A DNA stretch of 35,024 nucleotides from an uncultured Nitrospina sp. (GTDB lineage Bacteria; Nitrospinota; Nitrospinia; Nitrospinales; VA-1), in contig CAZEBI010000004.1 of assembly GCA_964510355.1 (NCBI GenBank), forward strand, positions 1 through 35,024, in the 5' to 3' direction. The notes under the pieces were generated by a model. The model was given only the letters and a program-made list of their open reading frames with translations. It was not told where the DNA came from and did not search any database. Made by a program: the position numbers and the translations under genes. Positions 1-8,483 of the stretch are shown here, piece after piece (positions within the stretch are counted from its first letter, which is position 1; each line of letters begins with the position of its first letter).

Positions 1-483
1 CTGAATGACGGTGAACGCGGGCTCATGGGTTTCCAGTTTGGCCATATCGCGGATCTGGATAAACATATTTCGGGCGAACAGGCTGTGCCAAGCAGTTTCG
101 GTGATCACGCGTATATGGGTCTGGTGTTTGGGGTCGGAACCGGCGCAACAATCCTGTACATAAACTGTTTTGCCCTGAAGATAAGCCAGAACCCTGGAGT
201 ACAGAGCTTCAAACTGTTCAACGGTAAAAGGCTTATTGACTTTCCCCCACCAGATGTTCTCCTGACTGGAAGGTTCTTGCACGATGAACTTGTCTTTGGG
301 AGCCCGTCCGGTATGCTCTCCTGTGGTCACGCACATAGGCCCCAAATGAGAAAGATGCCCCTCGCCGTTATTGATGATGTGTTCGTAGAGCTGGGGAGTT
401 GATAAATTCCAGTGAATCCCCTCCAGATTTTTCAAGCCATGCGTTTCCAGTCCAACTTTATGTTTTAAAACTTTTTGCGACAT
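1..483 (-). CDS. pckA: Phosphoenolpyruvate carboxykinase (ATP), first 161 codons; the gene continues past the left edge
   Basis: Absent from the supplied ORF track because there is no stop inside the window. Reverse-complement translation from ATG 483..481 reads MSQKVLKHKVGLETHGLKNLEGIHWNLSTPQLYEHIINNGEGHLSHLGPMCVTTGEHTGRAPKDKFIVQEPSSQENIWWGKVNKPF...ETAWHSLFARNMFIQIRD... and stays open to base 1. The TGRxPKDK(F/Y)IV and NMFI blocks match ATP-type PEPCK as I recall E. coli PckA. Confidence 0.88.
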   Translation of the reverse strand, partial: MSQKVLKHKVGLETHGLKNLEGIHWNLSTPQLYEHIINNGEGHLSHLGPMCVTTGEHTGRAPKDKFIVQEPSSQENIWWGKVNKPFTVEQFEALYSRVLAYLQGKTVYVQDCCAGSDPKHQTHIRVITETAWHSLFARNMFIQIRDMAKLETHEPAFTVIQ

Positions 484-664
484 GGACGATATTCCTTTAT
501 GATATGAAGGATATGGTTGTAAGCCATTGAAAGGGAGTTCCTTTCCCTGATTAGCCCAGGTTCAGTGCTTAAACTATATACCAAATCTTATCATATTTAA
601 GATAAATGGAAAACGCTTTTTGACCGGAAAAACCGGTTTTGAAACATAACCCAGGGTTTTTAGA

Positions 665-1579
665 ATGTTTCGATTATTTGGTGAAAAAAAAGAGCCGCCC
701 AAGATCAAGGTTCTGGCGCGGGAAAAAACCCGATATAACGATATTTATGTCATCCAGAATGGAGAACACCGCGAACTCTGGTTCAAAGGCAACGGGGAAT
801 ACTACCTGCAAAGCCGGGCAGACACTCAGGGGCAAAACCCCCTTACTCTGGTGTACTCGCGCATGATCATGGCTTCTTTGATGTTTTGCCCGGAGCCCAA
901 AAGAATGCTCATGGTGGGTTTGGGCGGCGGCATAGTCAGTGATTGTCTTGGCAAATGGTTCCCGAATTTGAAGATAGATATTGTGGAGGTCGATGAAAAG
1001 GTTATTGATCTGTCTAAAAAATATTTTTCCCTGCGTGAGTCGAGTCACTGCCGGGTGTTTGCCGAAGATGGCAGGGTGTTCATTCAGAAGCAACAAGAAC
1101 CCTATGACTGGATCATCCTGGATGCGTTTAAAAGCGGGTCCATCCCTTATCATTTGAAGACGCATGAGTTTTATAAGGAAATTCGTGCGGTGCTGAATCC
1201 CGGTGGTGTGGTGGGGTCAAACCTTTATGGCAAAGGCAATACCTTGAAACCCAGAGATACTAAAACCTTTCTCTCGGTATTTCCCCAGATTTATTGTTTT
1301 GAAGATGATGATCAGGTTGCAACGGTGCTCATCGCAACAGACGGTGAACGCTGGGGCGAAGAAAAAATCCGTGACAAGGCTCTAACGTTCCAAAGTCTGC
1401 CGGAACCCTTTTCCATGATGCAGGACGCTGCAAAAACGTATCGACCGGGGAAATTTCTGATGGATTCGGCCTCGATGTTTGAAGACCATTTTTCGGATAA
1501 TGGATTTCTGCACGATGTGGAGAATGAAAACCTGCAAAACTCCAAAGGTCGTCGCTACCCCATCACTAACGTCCAGTAA
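665..1579 (+). CDS. Spermidine synthase-like / class I SAM-dependent methyltransferase-fold protein
   Basis: 304-aa ORF. Motifs MLMVGLGGG (glycine-rich AdoMet loop), IDIVEVD and DWIILDAF are typical of the polyamine aminopropyltransferase-like fold. Confidence 0.6.
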   Translation: MFRLFGEKKEPPKIKVLAREKTRYNDIYVIQNGEHRELWFKGNGEYYLQSRADTQGQNPLTLVYSRMIMASLMFCPEPKRMLMVGLGGGIVSDCLGKWFPNLKIDIVEVDEKVIDLSKKYFSLRESSHCRVFAEDGRVFIQKQQEPYDWIILDAFKSGSIPYHLKTHEFYKEIRAVLNPGGVVGSNLYGKGNTLKPRDTKTFLSVFPQIYCFEDDDQVATVLIATDGERWGEEKIRDKALTFQSLPEPFSMMQDAAKTYRPGKFLMDSASMFEDHFSDNGFLHDVENENLQNSKGRRYPITNVQ

Positions 1580-1591
1580 AAAACGGGCGGG

Positions 1592-4500
1592 TCAAGAGGA
1601 AAGGTCAAAGATCTGTACTCTGCCCCCATCCACATTGGCCACGGCTAACTGGTCGTTGAAAATGGAAAGCCCCCCCACTTTTCCTAACTGCCCAGCCCTT
1701 CTGCCCGGCTTGTGGTAAACGTTTTGGACTTCGAGTTGCTCATTAAGATGCACGATTTGGCTGTTCCAGAAATCGGAGCCAAAAATACCGTGCTTGGGAT
1801 GCCAGGCGAGAAAATAAAGTTCGTCCACTCCCCAATCGGCTTTCTCCGTCGCGTGGATCAGGTTTTCTTGCGCATTAAAATGTTTCAATAAAGATTCTGA
1901 CCGGTCCCCCACCAGGTATTCTCCATTCGGCAGACAATAGACACTGACGGGTTCCTGCAAGTGGGCGCTCAGGGTTCTTTGCAATTTACCCTGCCCATCA
2001 AAAACCCGTATACGGTTGTGTTCGGATTCCGCGACCCAGATATGATCCTGGGCATCGACGGACAGGGAGAAAATGGGGCCAAAATCTCCCCGCCCAAACT
2101 GTAGTAAAAAGTTCCCCTGAGGGTCGAATTTTTTAATCTCCCGGTTCAATTCGTCAATAACATAAATCGAGTTTTTGCTGTCGGTGGATAGATGAACCGG
2201 GTATTGCAGGCAAGTGGGTGCAGACCCCCATCCGCCAAACTGAAACTGGTAATGTCCCTGTTGCGAATAACTGTAAACCCGGTGGTTTTCATAGTCGGCA
2301 ACCAGCAGATCGCCATCCCTGTTGTAGTGGATGCCTTGCGGTGTCAGGATTTGGCCGATTTCCGCCCCGGCTTTTTCCAGAATCCGGATTTCCTGGAAAA
2401 CTGCGCTTTTCCCTGTAGGAGACAGGGGCTCCAGAAATTCGGCCAGCTTGCCCAAAATATTTTTTACTCTGGAGGTCCTCTGGAATTCAAATTCAAGCTG
2501 CTCTAGGTCAATGGTTGCCCGTTCGATTTCATCTTCATTTTTTATCGAGTCTGAAATCTCCGAGATGTCATATTTTGATTCCAGTTCACGGGTCTGGTTC
2601 TTCAAGCTTGAGACCTTGAAAAGTTTTTCTTTGCGGGATTTTAAGATTTCCCGGAGGCGCTGATCGCGCTCTAAAAGATGATCGTTAAAGGTCTGGAAAA
2701 ATTGTTGGGCTTTTGAGTTTTCGTTGTCCATCATCGATAAAAAAGCGCCTGCAAGAACAAGGCGACGAAGGTTGAGCGACTGGTTGATGCCGAGACTCAT
2801 GACCATTCGGCGAATCAGATTGATTTGAAACTGCACAATGGCGATATTATTTTCGATAGTGATGGGGGAGGCTTTGTCTTCCACGTGGGTCTGTTTTAAC
2901 TGGATATCCAGATCTTTGCGGTTCTGCAACATTTCCTCCAATTGCTGGGCGAGTTCCCGGGATTTTTCCTGATAGCTGGCTTGAGTTTCCATCAGCGTTG
3001 ACGCGCAATGGGCAAGTTTCTCCTGGTGCTCCAAAAAACCAGGAAACCGAAAACGGTCCTGCCCCCAAATCAGTTCCTCATTGTTCTTGCGCAAAGGCGC
3101 GCCTTCTGCCCTGAGAATTGCCAGGACTTCTGAAAAATTCAGGTTCTCGGAGTCGTAGGCAATGGGAGAAAAATCTGTGAGTGCGAGATTTTTTGCACTG
3201 ACCGTTTCGCCTGATGAAAGCGTGTCCAACGAGTTTAAAAATTTCTGTTCCAGCTGGGCGTGAGCCGACCCGTTTTCATGAAACCCGATCAGGATTTCCA
3301 GGATATCCGCGCACGCATCGCCAGCCTTCTTTCCGGCTAGATTTTCCAGGCAGACAGGGGTGTTGCGTGCAAGGGCTCTGAGGTTGAACCAGTGGGACTG
3401 CAGCTCAAATTGCAGATGTTGTTGCAGATCCATGAGCCTTCCGTTGCTATGATACGGGGCGAGGAAAGCCGATAACTTATCTTTTTCCCCTTGTGATTCC
3501 CCCAATATACGGACCATGGATTCTTCGGTTTTTTCTTTTTGCCCGAAGTATTCCTTCATGATGCTCAGGGTTGCTTGTATTTGCCGGAGCAGGACATCCT
3601 TCAAAGAATTCAGTTGGGTTTCAGGAAGTTTGCTCTCTGTCAAGTTGCAGAGGCACTGGGAAAATTTCTGCACGGTTTTTTGGTAGCAATAAAACTTGTT
3701 TCGGGTCAGGCGGTAGATTTTTTTGTCTTCCTGGTCGGCGATATGAAGCTCGCGGTTGAACTCACGAATCCCCTCCGGGTCCTGCATAATCTTTTGTTGC
3801 TCGGCAAGTAAAAGTTCAGTATAGGTGCAACCCGATTCTTGCCAGGATAGAAAATATTTTAATGCCTCGTTCCTGGCCGCTTCTAATTGTTCCTGTGCCA
3901 CACGGCAAACCAGGTCGGTAGTTCCCTTGGCTGACAGGCGGCTGAGGTGTAGCGCGGCCTGCATTTTCAAGTCTGGCGGCGTTTTTTCTGAAGAACCTTC
4001 GTTTAAAAGGGTGAGGGTTTTTTCAAGTGCTGCCAGGGCTTTTGAATTGTCATTCTTCTGTTCGAAGACAAGGGCCTGATAAAAAGTATGAGCGGGATTT
4101 GAAAACGAGCTTTCCGCCAGAGTGTTCTGAGAGACCAGCGGAATAAGATATTTAAAAATCCGGGTGTCGAAGGTGCAACCGATATGCAGGCAACCTTTTA
4201 AATCTATGGCGGTCAGGCAGGGCGCGGCAAATCCCTGCTTTGCTCCCTCAATGGCGAACAGATACTGGCCGAAGGGGGAAAAAACCTGGATGCGTTCATT
4301 GTTGAGGTCGGCAACATAAAGCAGGTCATTCGGTGCCACGGTTATACATTGGGGATATTGGAATTGCCCCGCGTTGCTGCCCATTTCCCCAAAAGATAAA
4401 ATCTCCTGCCACTGGGAGTTGAATTTGCGCACCCGATGATTGCCGCTGTCGGTGATGAAAAAATTCCCTTTACTGTCTTTGGCAATGGAAGTGGGCAATT

Positions 4501-5047
4501 CAAATAAAATGGGAGCCAGTAGATGGGCGGGAGTCTGCTGAAGTTGTGCCAGCTGTTCTTCTAAAACGGTCCCCCGGTCCCCCAGGCAACCTAATGATAC
4601 GCCTTGGGAATCGAAGAACTGGATGCGATGGTTGTAACGCTCCACGACAATAATATTTCCCGAAGGCTCAACCAGAATGTCATAGGGTTCATTCAGTTCC
4701 CCTTTGGCATCGCCACAAGTACCGAAGGTAAGAAGCGGGGTTCCTTTTGCATCAAATTTCTGTATCCGGTGATTCCAGCAGTCGGCGACATAGATATTTC
4801 CGTCTGCGTCCACCGCGATGCCCTTGGGATATTGAAATTGACCGGGTTCCTTTCCCTTACTGCCGAAACTATACAGGGGGTTGAATTGCGAGTCATAGAC
4901 CTGAATGCGGTGATTGAAATCATCGGCAAGCAGAAGGTTCCCATCATCGGTAAAACACAGGCCGGAAGGTGGGGAGATCTTTTCCTCCGAGGAGTTCTCG
5001 TTTCGATAGGCGTTTTCAAATTTTATGGGAAACAGGGCGGTTGTCAT
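1592..5047 (-). CDS. Large NHL-repeat protein: N-terminal NHL propeller, ~600-aa helical middle, C-terminal NHL propeller
   Basis: The ORF is open to 5119 (TTG). I prefer ATG 5047 (MTTALFPIKFENAY...), but no clear SD precedes either start. Repeated NHRIQ(V/K/F)(Y/F)D and YP.GIAVD-type blades occur in the first ~300 aa and the last ~300 aa. The middle is rich in Q/E/K/L and looks helical. No signal peptide or TM segment is evident. Confidence 0.75.
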   Translation of the reverse strand: MTTALFPIKFENAYRNENSSEEKISPPSGLCFTDDGNLLLADDFNHRIQVYDSQFNPLYSFGSKGKEPGQFQYPKGIAVDADGNIYVADCWNHRIQKFDAKGTPLLTFGTCGDAKGELNEPYDILVEPSGNIIVVERYNHRIQFFDSQGVSLGCLGDRGTVLEEQLAQLQQTPAHLLAPILFELPTSIAKDSKGNFFITDSGNHRVRKFNSQWQEILSFGEMGSNAGQFQYPQCITVAPNDLLYVADLNNERIQVFSPFGQYLFAIEGAKQGFAAPCLTAIDLKGCLHIGCTFDTRIFKYLIPLVSQNTLAESSFSNPAHTFYQALVFEQKNDNSKALAALEKTLTLLNEGSSEKTPPDLKMQAALHLSRLSAKGTTDLVCRVAQEQLEAARNEALKYFLSWQESGCTYTELLLAEQQKIMQDPEGIREFNRELHIADQEDKKIYRLTRNKFYCYQKTVQKFSQCLCNLTESKLPETQLNSLKDVLLRQIQATLSIMKEYFGQKEKTEESMVRILGESQGEKDKLSAFLAPYHSNGRLMDLQQHLQFELQSHWFNLRALARNTPVCLENLAGKKAGDACADILEILIGFHENGSAHAQLEQKFLNSLDTLSSGETVSAKNLALTDFSPIAYDSENLNFSEVLAILRAEGAPLRKNNEELIWGQDRFRFPGFLEHQEKLAHCASTLMETQASYQEKSRELAQQLEEMLQNRKDLDIQLKQTHVEDKASPITIENNIAIVQFQINLIRRMVMSLGINQSLNLRRLVLAGAFLSMMDNENSKAQQFFQTFNDHLLERDQRLREILKSRKEKLFKVSSLKNQTRELESKYDISEISDSIKNEDEIERATIDLEQLEFEFQRTSRVKNILGKLAEFLEPLSPTGKSAVFQEIRILEKAGAEIGQILTPQGIHYNRDGDLLVADYENHRVYSYSQQGHYQFQFGGWGSAPTCLQYPVHLSTDSKNSIYVIDELNREIKKFDPQGNFLLQFGRGDFGPIFSLSVDAQDHIWVAESEHNRIRVFDGQGKLQRTLSAHLQEPVSVYCLPNGEYLVGDRSESLLKHFNAQENLIHATEKADWGVDELYFLAWHPKHGIFGSDFWNSQIVHLNEQLEVQNVYHKPGRRAGQLGKVGGLSIFNDQLAVANVDGGRVQIFDLSS

Positions 5048-5345
5048 GAAGGAGCGAACCTTTGATTGCGGAGATTTGTGCGGGCAAACCGGCGAGTTGC
5101 CGGTGGCAAGTCGCGGCAAATAAAACCCATTTGGGCGATTTAATCACAACTGTAATGATAAAACAAGGGCACCCCTAAAAACCGCTTTTGGTCATGATCC
5201 CGTTTTCGCTTGCGGCCAGAGGGTTTTATGCTGAATGATAGGATTGCTTCATAAATAATTAGGCGATAAATAATCAAATATTACTAAAAGTTATCGGAAA
5301 AAATACCGCTAAGCTAGTAATGAGCCTTAATTTAAAGAGAGAAAA

Positions 5346-6806
5346 ATGACCCACCCTAAGACTCGGCTTGCGTCATACAAGGCGCAAATCGCAAGGTTGA
5401 TTTTGACGGATGATCTTGACGAAGCAAAAAGGACTCTACAAAAAGCCCCGGAAGATTTTAACCTGATGAGGGGTCTTATGGAAAAGGTTCAAGCTCAAAC
5501 CCGTCCCCTCGATTCATATAGAAATTCAGGGCCAAAATATGCCATCTCATCGGTTTCTTATACCTGCGGCGTGGGGTGCGAAATGTGTTGGGCAGGCTTT
5601 CATGACAAAACAAAGCTCTTTGACAACTATAAAAATCTCTTGCCGGAGGAGTTCGACGATTGGATGCCTTGGGTGGAATATGCTGACATGGTCATGCTGG
5701 CCGGGCTGGGAGAAACTCTGGACTCTCCCTATATCTTTGATCATTTAAACAAGCTCCGCAATAAAACCACTTATCTCACAACAAGTGGATCGACCTTGAC
5801 CTTGAAAAAGGGGAAGCAACTCATTGAATCCGGCCTTTCTTATCTGAGCCTGTCGTTTGATGGGGAGACTGTAGCGGGTCATGGAAGTGGCGACAAGGAG
5901 TACACGCGTCGTTTTTGGGAAAATATCACTCAATTAAATACTTTGAAGGATCAACTTGCGTCTTCCAGTCCAATTTTACGTATGCAAATCGCTTTAAACC
6001 TGGAAAACCTGGACCAGCTTCATTCGTTGATTGAAAAAGCGGTTGCCCATAATATTAAGAGTGTAGAGTTTTTTTTCATGATCCCTTCGAGTGGTGAATT
6101 GTTTGAAAAAAGCATTTTCAGTGATTATGAAAATTCCCGGGAACAAATAAAAAAGGTTTTGAGTTATTGGTCGTCCGAAGGCCTGGATATTTCAATATTC
6201 AACAGGAAGGACATTTCTGAAAAACCGACCTCTTGTCATTATATTGACCTGACTGCAATTTTCAATTTGGATCGTTATTTACCTCAACCCTGTTGCGGCC
6301 CCTTGAGGCTACCTCTGGAAACCCGAGGTTTAACTCCTGAGCGATACTGGAACTCTTTTCCACTGCGTTATTTTCGATACTTGCATGCCAATGATGAAAA
6401 GGAGAGGGTGCCATCTCTTTGTGATTTTTGTTGGGCGCGCAACCCCGATAAATTTGCCAACTCCATACAAGAATCTTTTGCCCCAGAAAAAAATTCTGAA
6501 AACCTGATCCCTGTTTACCAGAAAGCCTCAAACTTGAAAAAGCGGAACGAATTTGACCCGGCAATTCAGCAATTTGAATATGTGATCAAAACGACTCAAG
6601 ATTCCGATCTGCTTGGCAAGGCCCATTTTCACATCGGAGAAATAGAGCTGGGTCAAGGACGCTTTGAAAACGCTTTCTCGCATTTCCAGAAAGCCATCCA
6701 TTTTCAGTTTCGCCACCAATTGGCCTTTTGTTATTTTTATCTATTATGGATTATCCTGGATAAAAATAACCGGGTTCTCTCACCGGAGCTGAGAAAGCTT
6801 ACCTAG
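5346..6806 (+). CDS. Radical SAM protein with SPASM/twitch-like Cys-rich region and C-terminal TPR-like helices (paralogue 1)
   Basis: 486 aa. CX3CX2C motif in VSYTCGVGCEMC, followed by GLGETLD and SFDG blocks typical of the radical SAM core. Downstream cysteines: SCHYID, CCGP, CDFCWA. The tail has TPR-like repeats and a hydrophobic HQLAFCYFYLLWIIL segment. Confidence 0.75.
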   Translation: MTHPKTRLASYKAQIARLILTDDLDEAKRTLQKAPEDFNLMRGLMEKVQAQTRPLDSYRNSGPKYAISSVSYTCGVGCEMCWAGFHDKTKLFDNYKNLLPEEFDDWMPWVEYADMVMLAGLGETLDSPYIFDHLNKLRNKTTYLTTSGSTLTLKKGKQLIESGLSYLSLSFDGETVAGHGSGDKEYTRRFWENITQLNTLKDQLASSSPILRMQIALNLENLDQLHSLIEKAVAHNIKSVEFFFMIPSSGELFEKSIFSDYENSREQIKKVLSYWSSEGLDISIFNRKDISEKPTSCHYIDLTAIFNLDRYLPQPCCGPLRLPLETRGLTPERYWNSFPLRYFRYLHANDEKERVPSLCDFCWARNPDKFANSIQESFAPEKNSENLIPVYQKASNLKKRNEFDPAIQQFEYVIKTTQDSDLLGKAHFHIGEIELGQGRFENAFSHFQKAIHFQFRHQLAFCYFYLLWIILDKNNRVLSPELRKLT

Positions 6807-6841
6807 CGGGGCGCTGAAAAGCTCTGTCGAAGGGGTAAAGA

Positions 6842-6944
6842 ACAACCCCCTTCGTAGAAGGGGGAGCTTCAATGGACCCCTCTTTTACAAAGAGGGGCTG
6901 GGGTGATTTAGAAACTCTCGCGCAATATGTGGGCTAGGGGGGGG
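6842..6944 (-). repeat. Intergenic repeat family A, copy 1 (inverted relative to copy 2 at 30478..30609)
   Basis: The reverse complement of 6842..6944 aligns by eye with 30478..30609. Shared blocks: CCCCCC(C)T(T/A)GCCC(G/A)CATATTGCGCGA, then CTTTGTAAA(A)GAGGGGTCCATT(A/G)AAGCTCCCCCTT...AAGGGGG. Boundaries are approximate. Confidence 0.7.
6846..6897. terminator. Two strong GC hairpins between convergent genes; candidate bidirectional terminator
   Basis: Hairpin 1: CCCCCTTC-gta-GAAGGGGG (6846..6864). Hairpin 2: CCCCTCTTT-tac-AAAGAGGGG (6877..6897). They lie between the stops at 6806 (+) and 7011 (-). Neither has a clear U-tract, so terminator function is inferred only. Confidence 0.35.
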
Positions 6945-7010
6945 TAAACAATTGGGTAAAACCAGATATAAAAGCTGAAGGCTAATGCCAATTAGTTTTT
7001 CAGTAACCTG

Positions 7011-8471
7011 CTAGTGGCAGGCGCCACTCGTGCATTGCGCCTGCTCTAAGGTTATTTCTTCCGGATTTTTTTCAAGTAGCATCATCAATAAATAAAGATA
7101 GGCAAATGCCAGTTGATGCCCAAAATAGTTTTTAATGGTGAGTTTGAACAGGGTGTAAGCCTTGGGATAGTTTTTTTCCTGCATTTCCCTTTCGGCTAAA
7201 TGGAAATAGCATTTTCCCTTCCACACGGGGTTGTCGCTATTTTGTATGATGGTTTTATAATTCTTCTCAGCTTGACCCCACTGGTTATTATTTTTTAGTT
7301 CAGTGGCCTCAAGGTACAGTGGGCGAGCTTTGAAATTGCTGTCATCAGGCTGTAAGTTTTTCGCGAATTTCAAAGGGTTCATAGCCCAACACGTATCACA
7401 GGCAACGGGAAGGGTTTCCGATTTTCCGGTGCCATGCATATACCTGAAGTACCGGAAGGAAAACGAGTTCCAGTAGGTATCCGTTGAATAACCCTGGATT
7501 TTAAGAGGCATGGTGATGGGTCCGCAACAGACCGAGGGCAGGTAGCGATCCAGATTAAAAATGAGCATCTTGTCGATGAAGTGACAGGGCTGTGAATCCT
7601 TGATCTCAACATCATCGCCGATGCGGACCCAAAGGTCTTTTGCGTTGCCCTTTTTAATCTCCTCGTTGATCTTCTTTTGATAATATTTGAAATCGGTGAA
7701 AATCGATTGTTTGTACAGGCCGGGGTTGTGGGGGACCATAACATCCAGTTGCAGTAGATACACCCCTCTCGCCCTGGCCAAGTCAACCATTTCTCCGATC
7801 TGGTCCACGTTTTCCTTGTTGAGGACCATTGTGATCATGACATGCGGAGTCTCGGAGTTGAATTCCTTTTTCACCGCCTGGACCATTTCAATTTTTTTCC
7901 AGATGGTCTGGCTGTATTTTTCGTTTCCGCTGCCATGCCCGGCAGCAGTGAGCCCATCGAATGAGAAATTCAAGGTCTGGAGGCTGGACTGGATGAGGCG
8001 TTTTAGTTTTTCTCGAGTCAAAGGGATTCCGCTGGTGGTGAGGGTGGATTGTTTTAATTCGGATTTTTTCACGAAATCGTAAATATGGGGATTGTCCAGG
8101 GTTTCTCCCTGGCCGACATACACGACAAGGTCGGCAGAATGAATCCAGGGAAGAACCTCACCAAACTGTTCAGGAGACAGCTGTTTGTAGTCTTCAAAGA
8201 GGGATGTTTTATCATGAAAACCCGAGCCGCACATCTTGCACCCGATACCGCATGTATAGGAAACAGCTGTATGTATTTGTTTGGGTGGGGGTGCCGTAAG
8301 ATTTTTCAAGGGTATGGGTTTGCCGGTCACCTGTTTCAGGAGTTCTGAAATACCACTCAATTTTCCATCATCTTGCTGCAACAACTTTTTGGCTTCTGTC
8401 AGATCATCCACCAAAATCGCGCTCATGACTTTATTTTGCAGATTGGGCCAATCTCGTTTTTCAAACTCCAT
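7011..8471 (-). CDS. Radical SAM protein with SPASM/twitch-like Cys-rich region and C-terminal TPR-like helices (paralogue 2)
   Basis: 486 aa. VSYTCGIGCKMC (CX3CX2C), GQGETLD, SFDG, PCHFID, CCGP, CDTCWA, and the HQLAFAYLYLLMMLL tail. Collinear with the 5346..6806 product along its whole length. Its start lies 12 nt downstream of the stop of the 8484..11861 gene. Confidence 0.75.
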   Translation of the reverse strand: MEFEKRDWPNLQNKVMSAILVDDLTEAKKLLQQDDGKLSGISELLKQVTGKPIPLKNLTAPPPKQIHTAVSYTCGIGCKMCGSGFHDKTSLFEDYKQLSPEQFGEVLPWIHSADLVVYVGQGETLDNPHIYDFVKKSELKQSTLTTSGIPLTREKLKRLIQSSLQTLNFSFDGLTAAGHGSGNEKYSQTIWKKIEMVQAVKKEFNSETPHVMITMVLNKENVDQIGEMVDLARARGVYLLQLDVMVPHNPGLYKQSIFTDFKYYQKKINEEIKKGNAKDLWVRIGDDVEIKDSQPCHFIDKMLIFNLDRYLPSVCCGPITMPLKIQGYSTDTYWNSFSFRYFRYMHGTGKSETLPVACDTCWAMNPLKFAKNLQPDDSNFKARPLYLEATELKNNNQWGQAEKNYKTIIQNSDNPVWKGKCYFHLAEREMQEKNYPKAYTLFKLTIKNYFGHQLAFAYLYLLMMLLEKNPEEITLEQAQCTSGACH

Positions 8472-8483
8472 AGTTTGTGCCTT

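Noticed and set aside
25-402. 125-aa plus-strand ORF at the left edge
   Set aside because: It lies antisense to a much better supported minus-strand reading frame that translates to the PEP carboxykinase N-terminus. Its own sequence has no recognisable motifs.
5120-5345. RiPP precursor peptide next to the radical SAM genes
   Set aside because: Only 7- and 14-codon ORFs without an RBS occur here, and nothing plausible lies in 6807..7010. The 9-bp direct repeat ATAAATAAT (5251..5259 and 5266..5274) looks like AT-rich promoter-region sequence.
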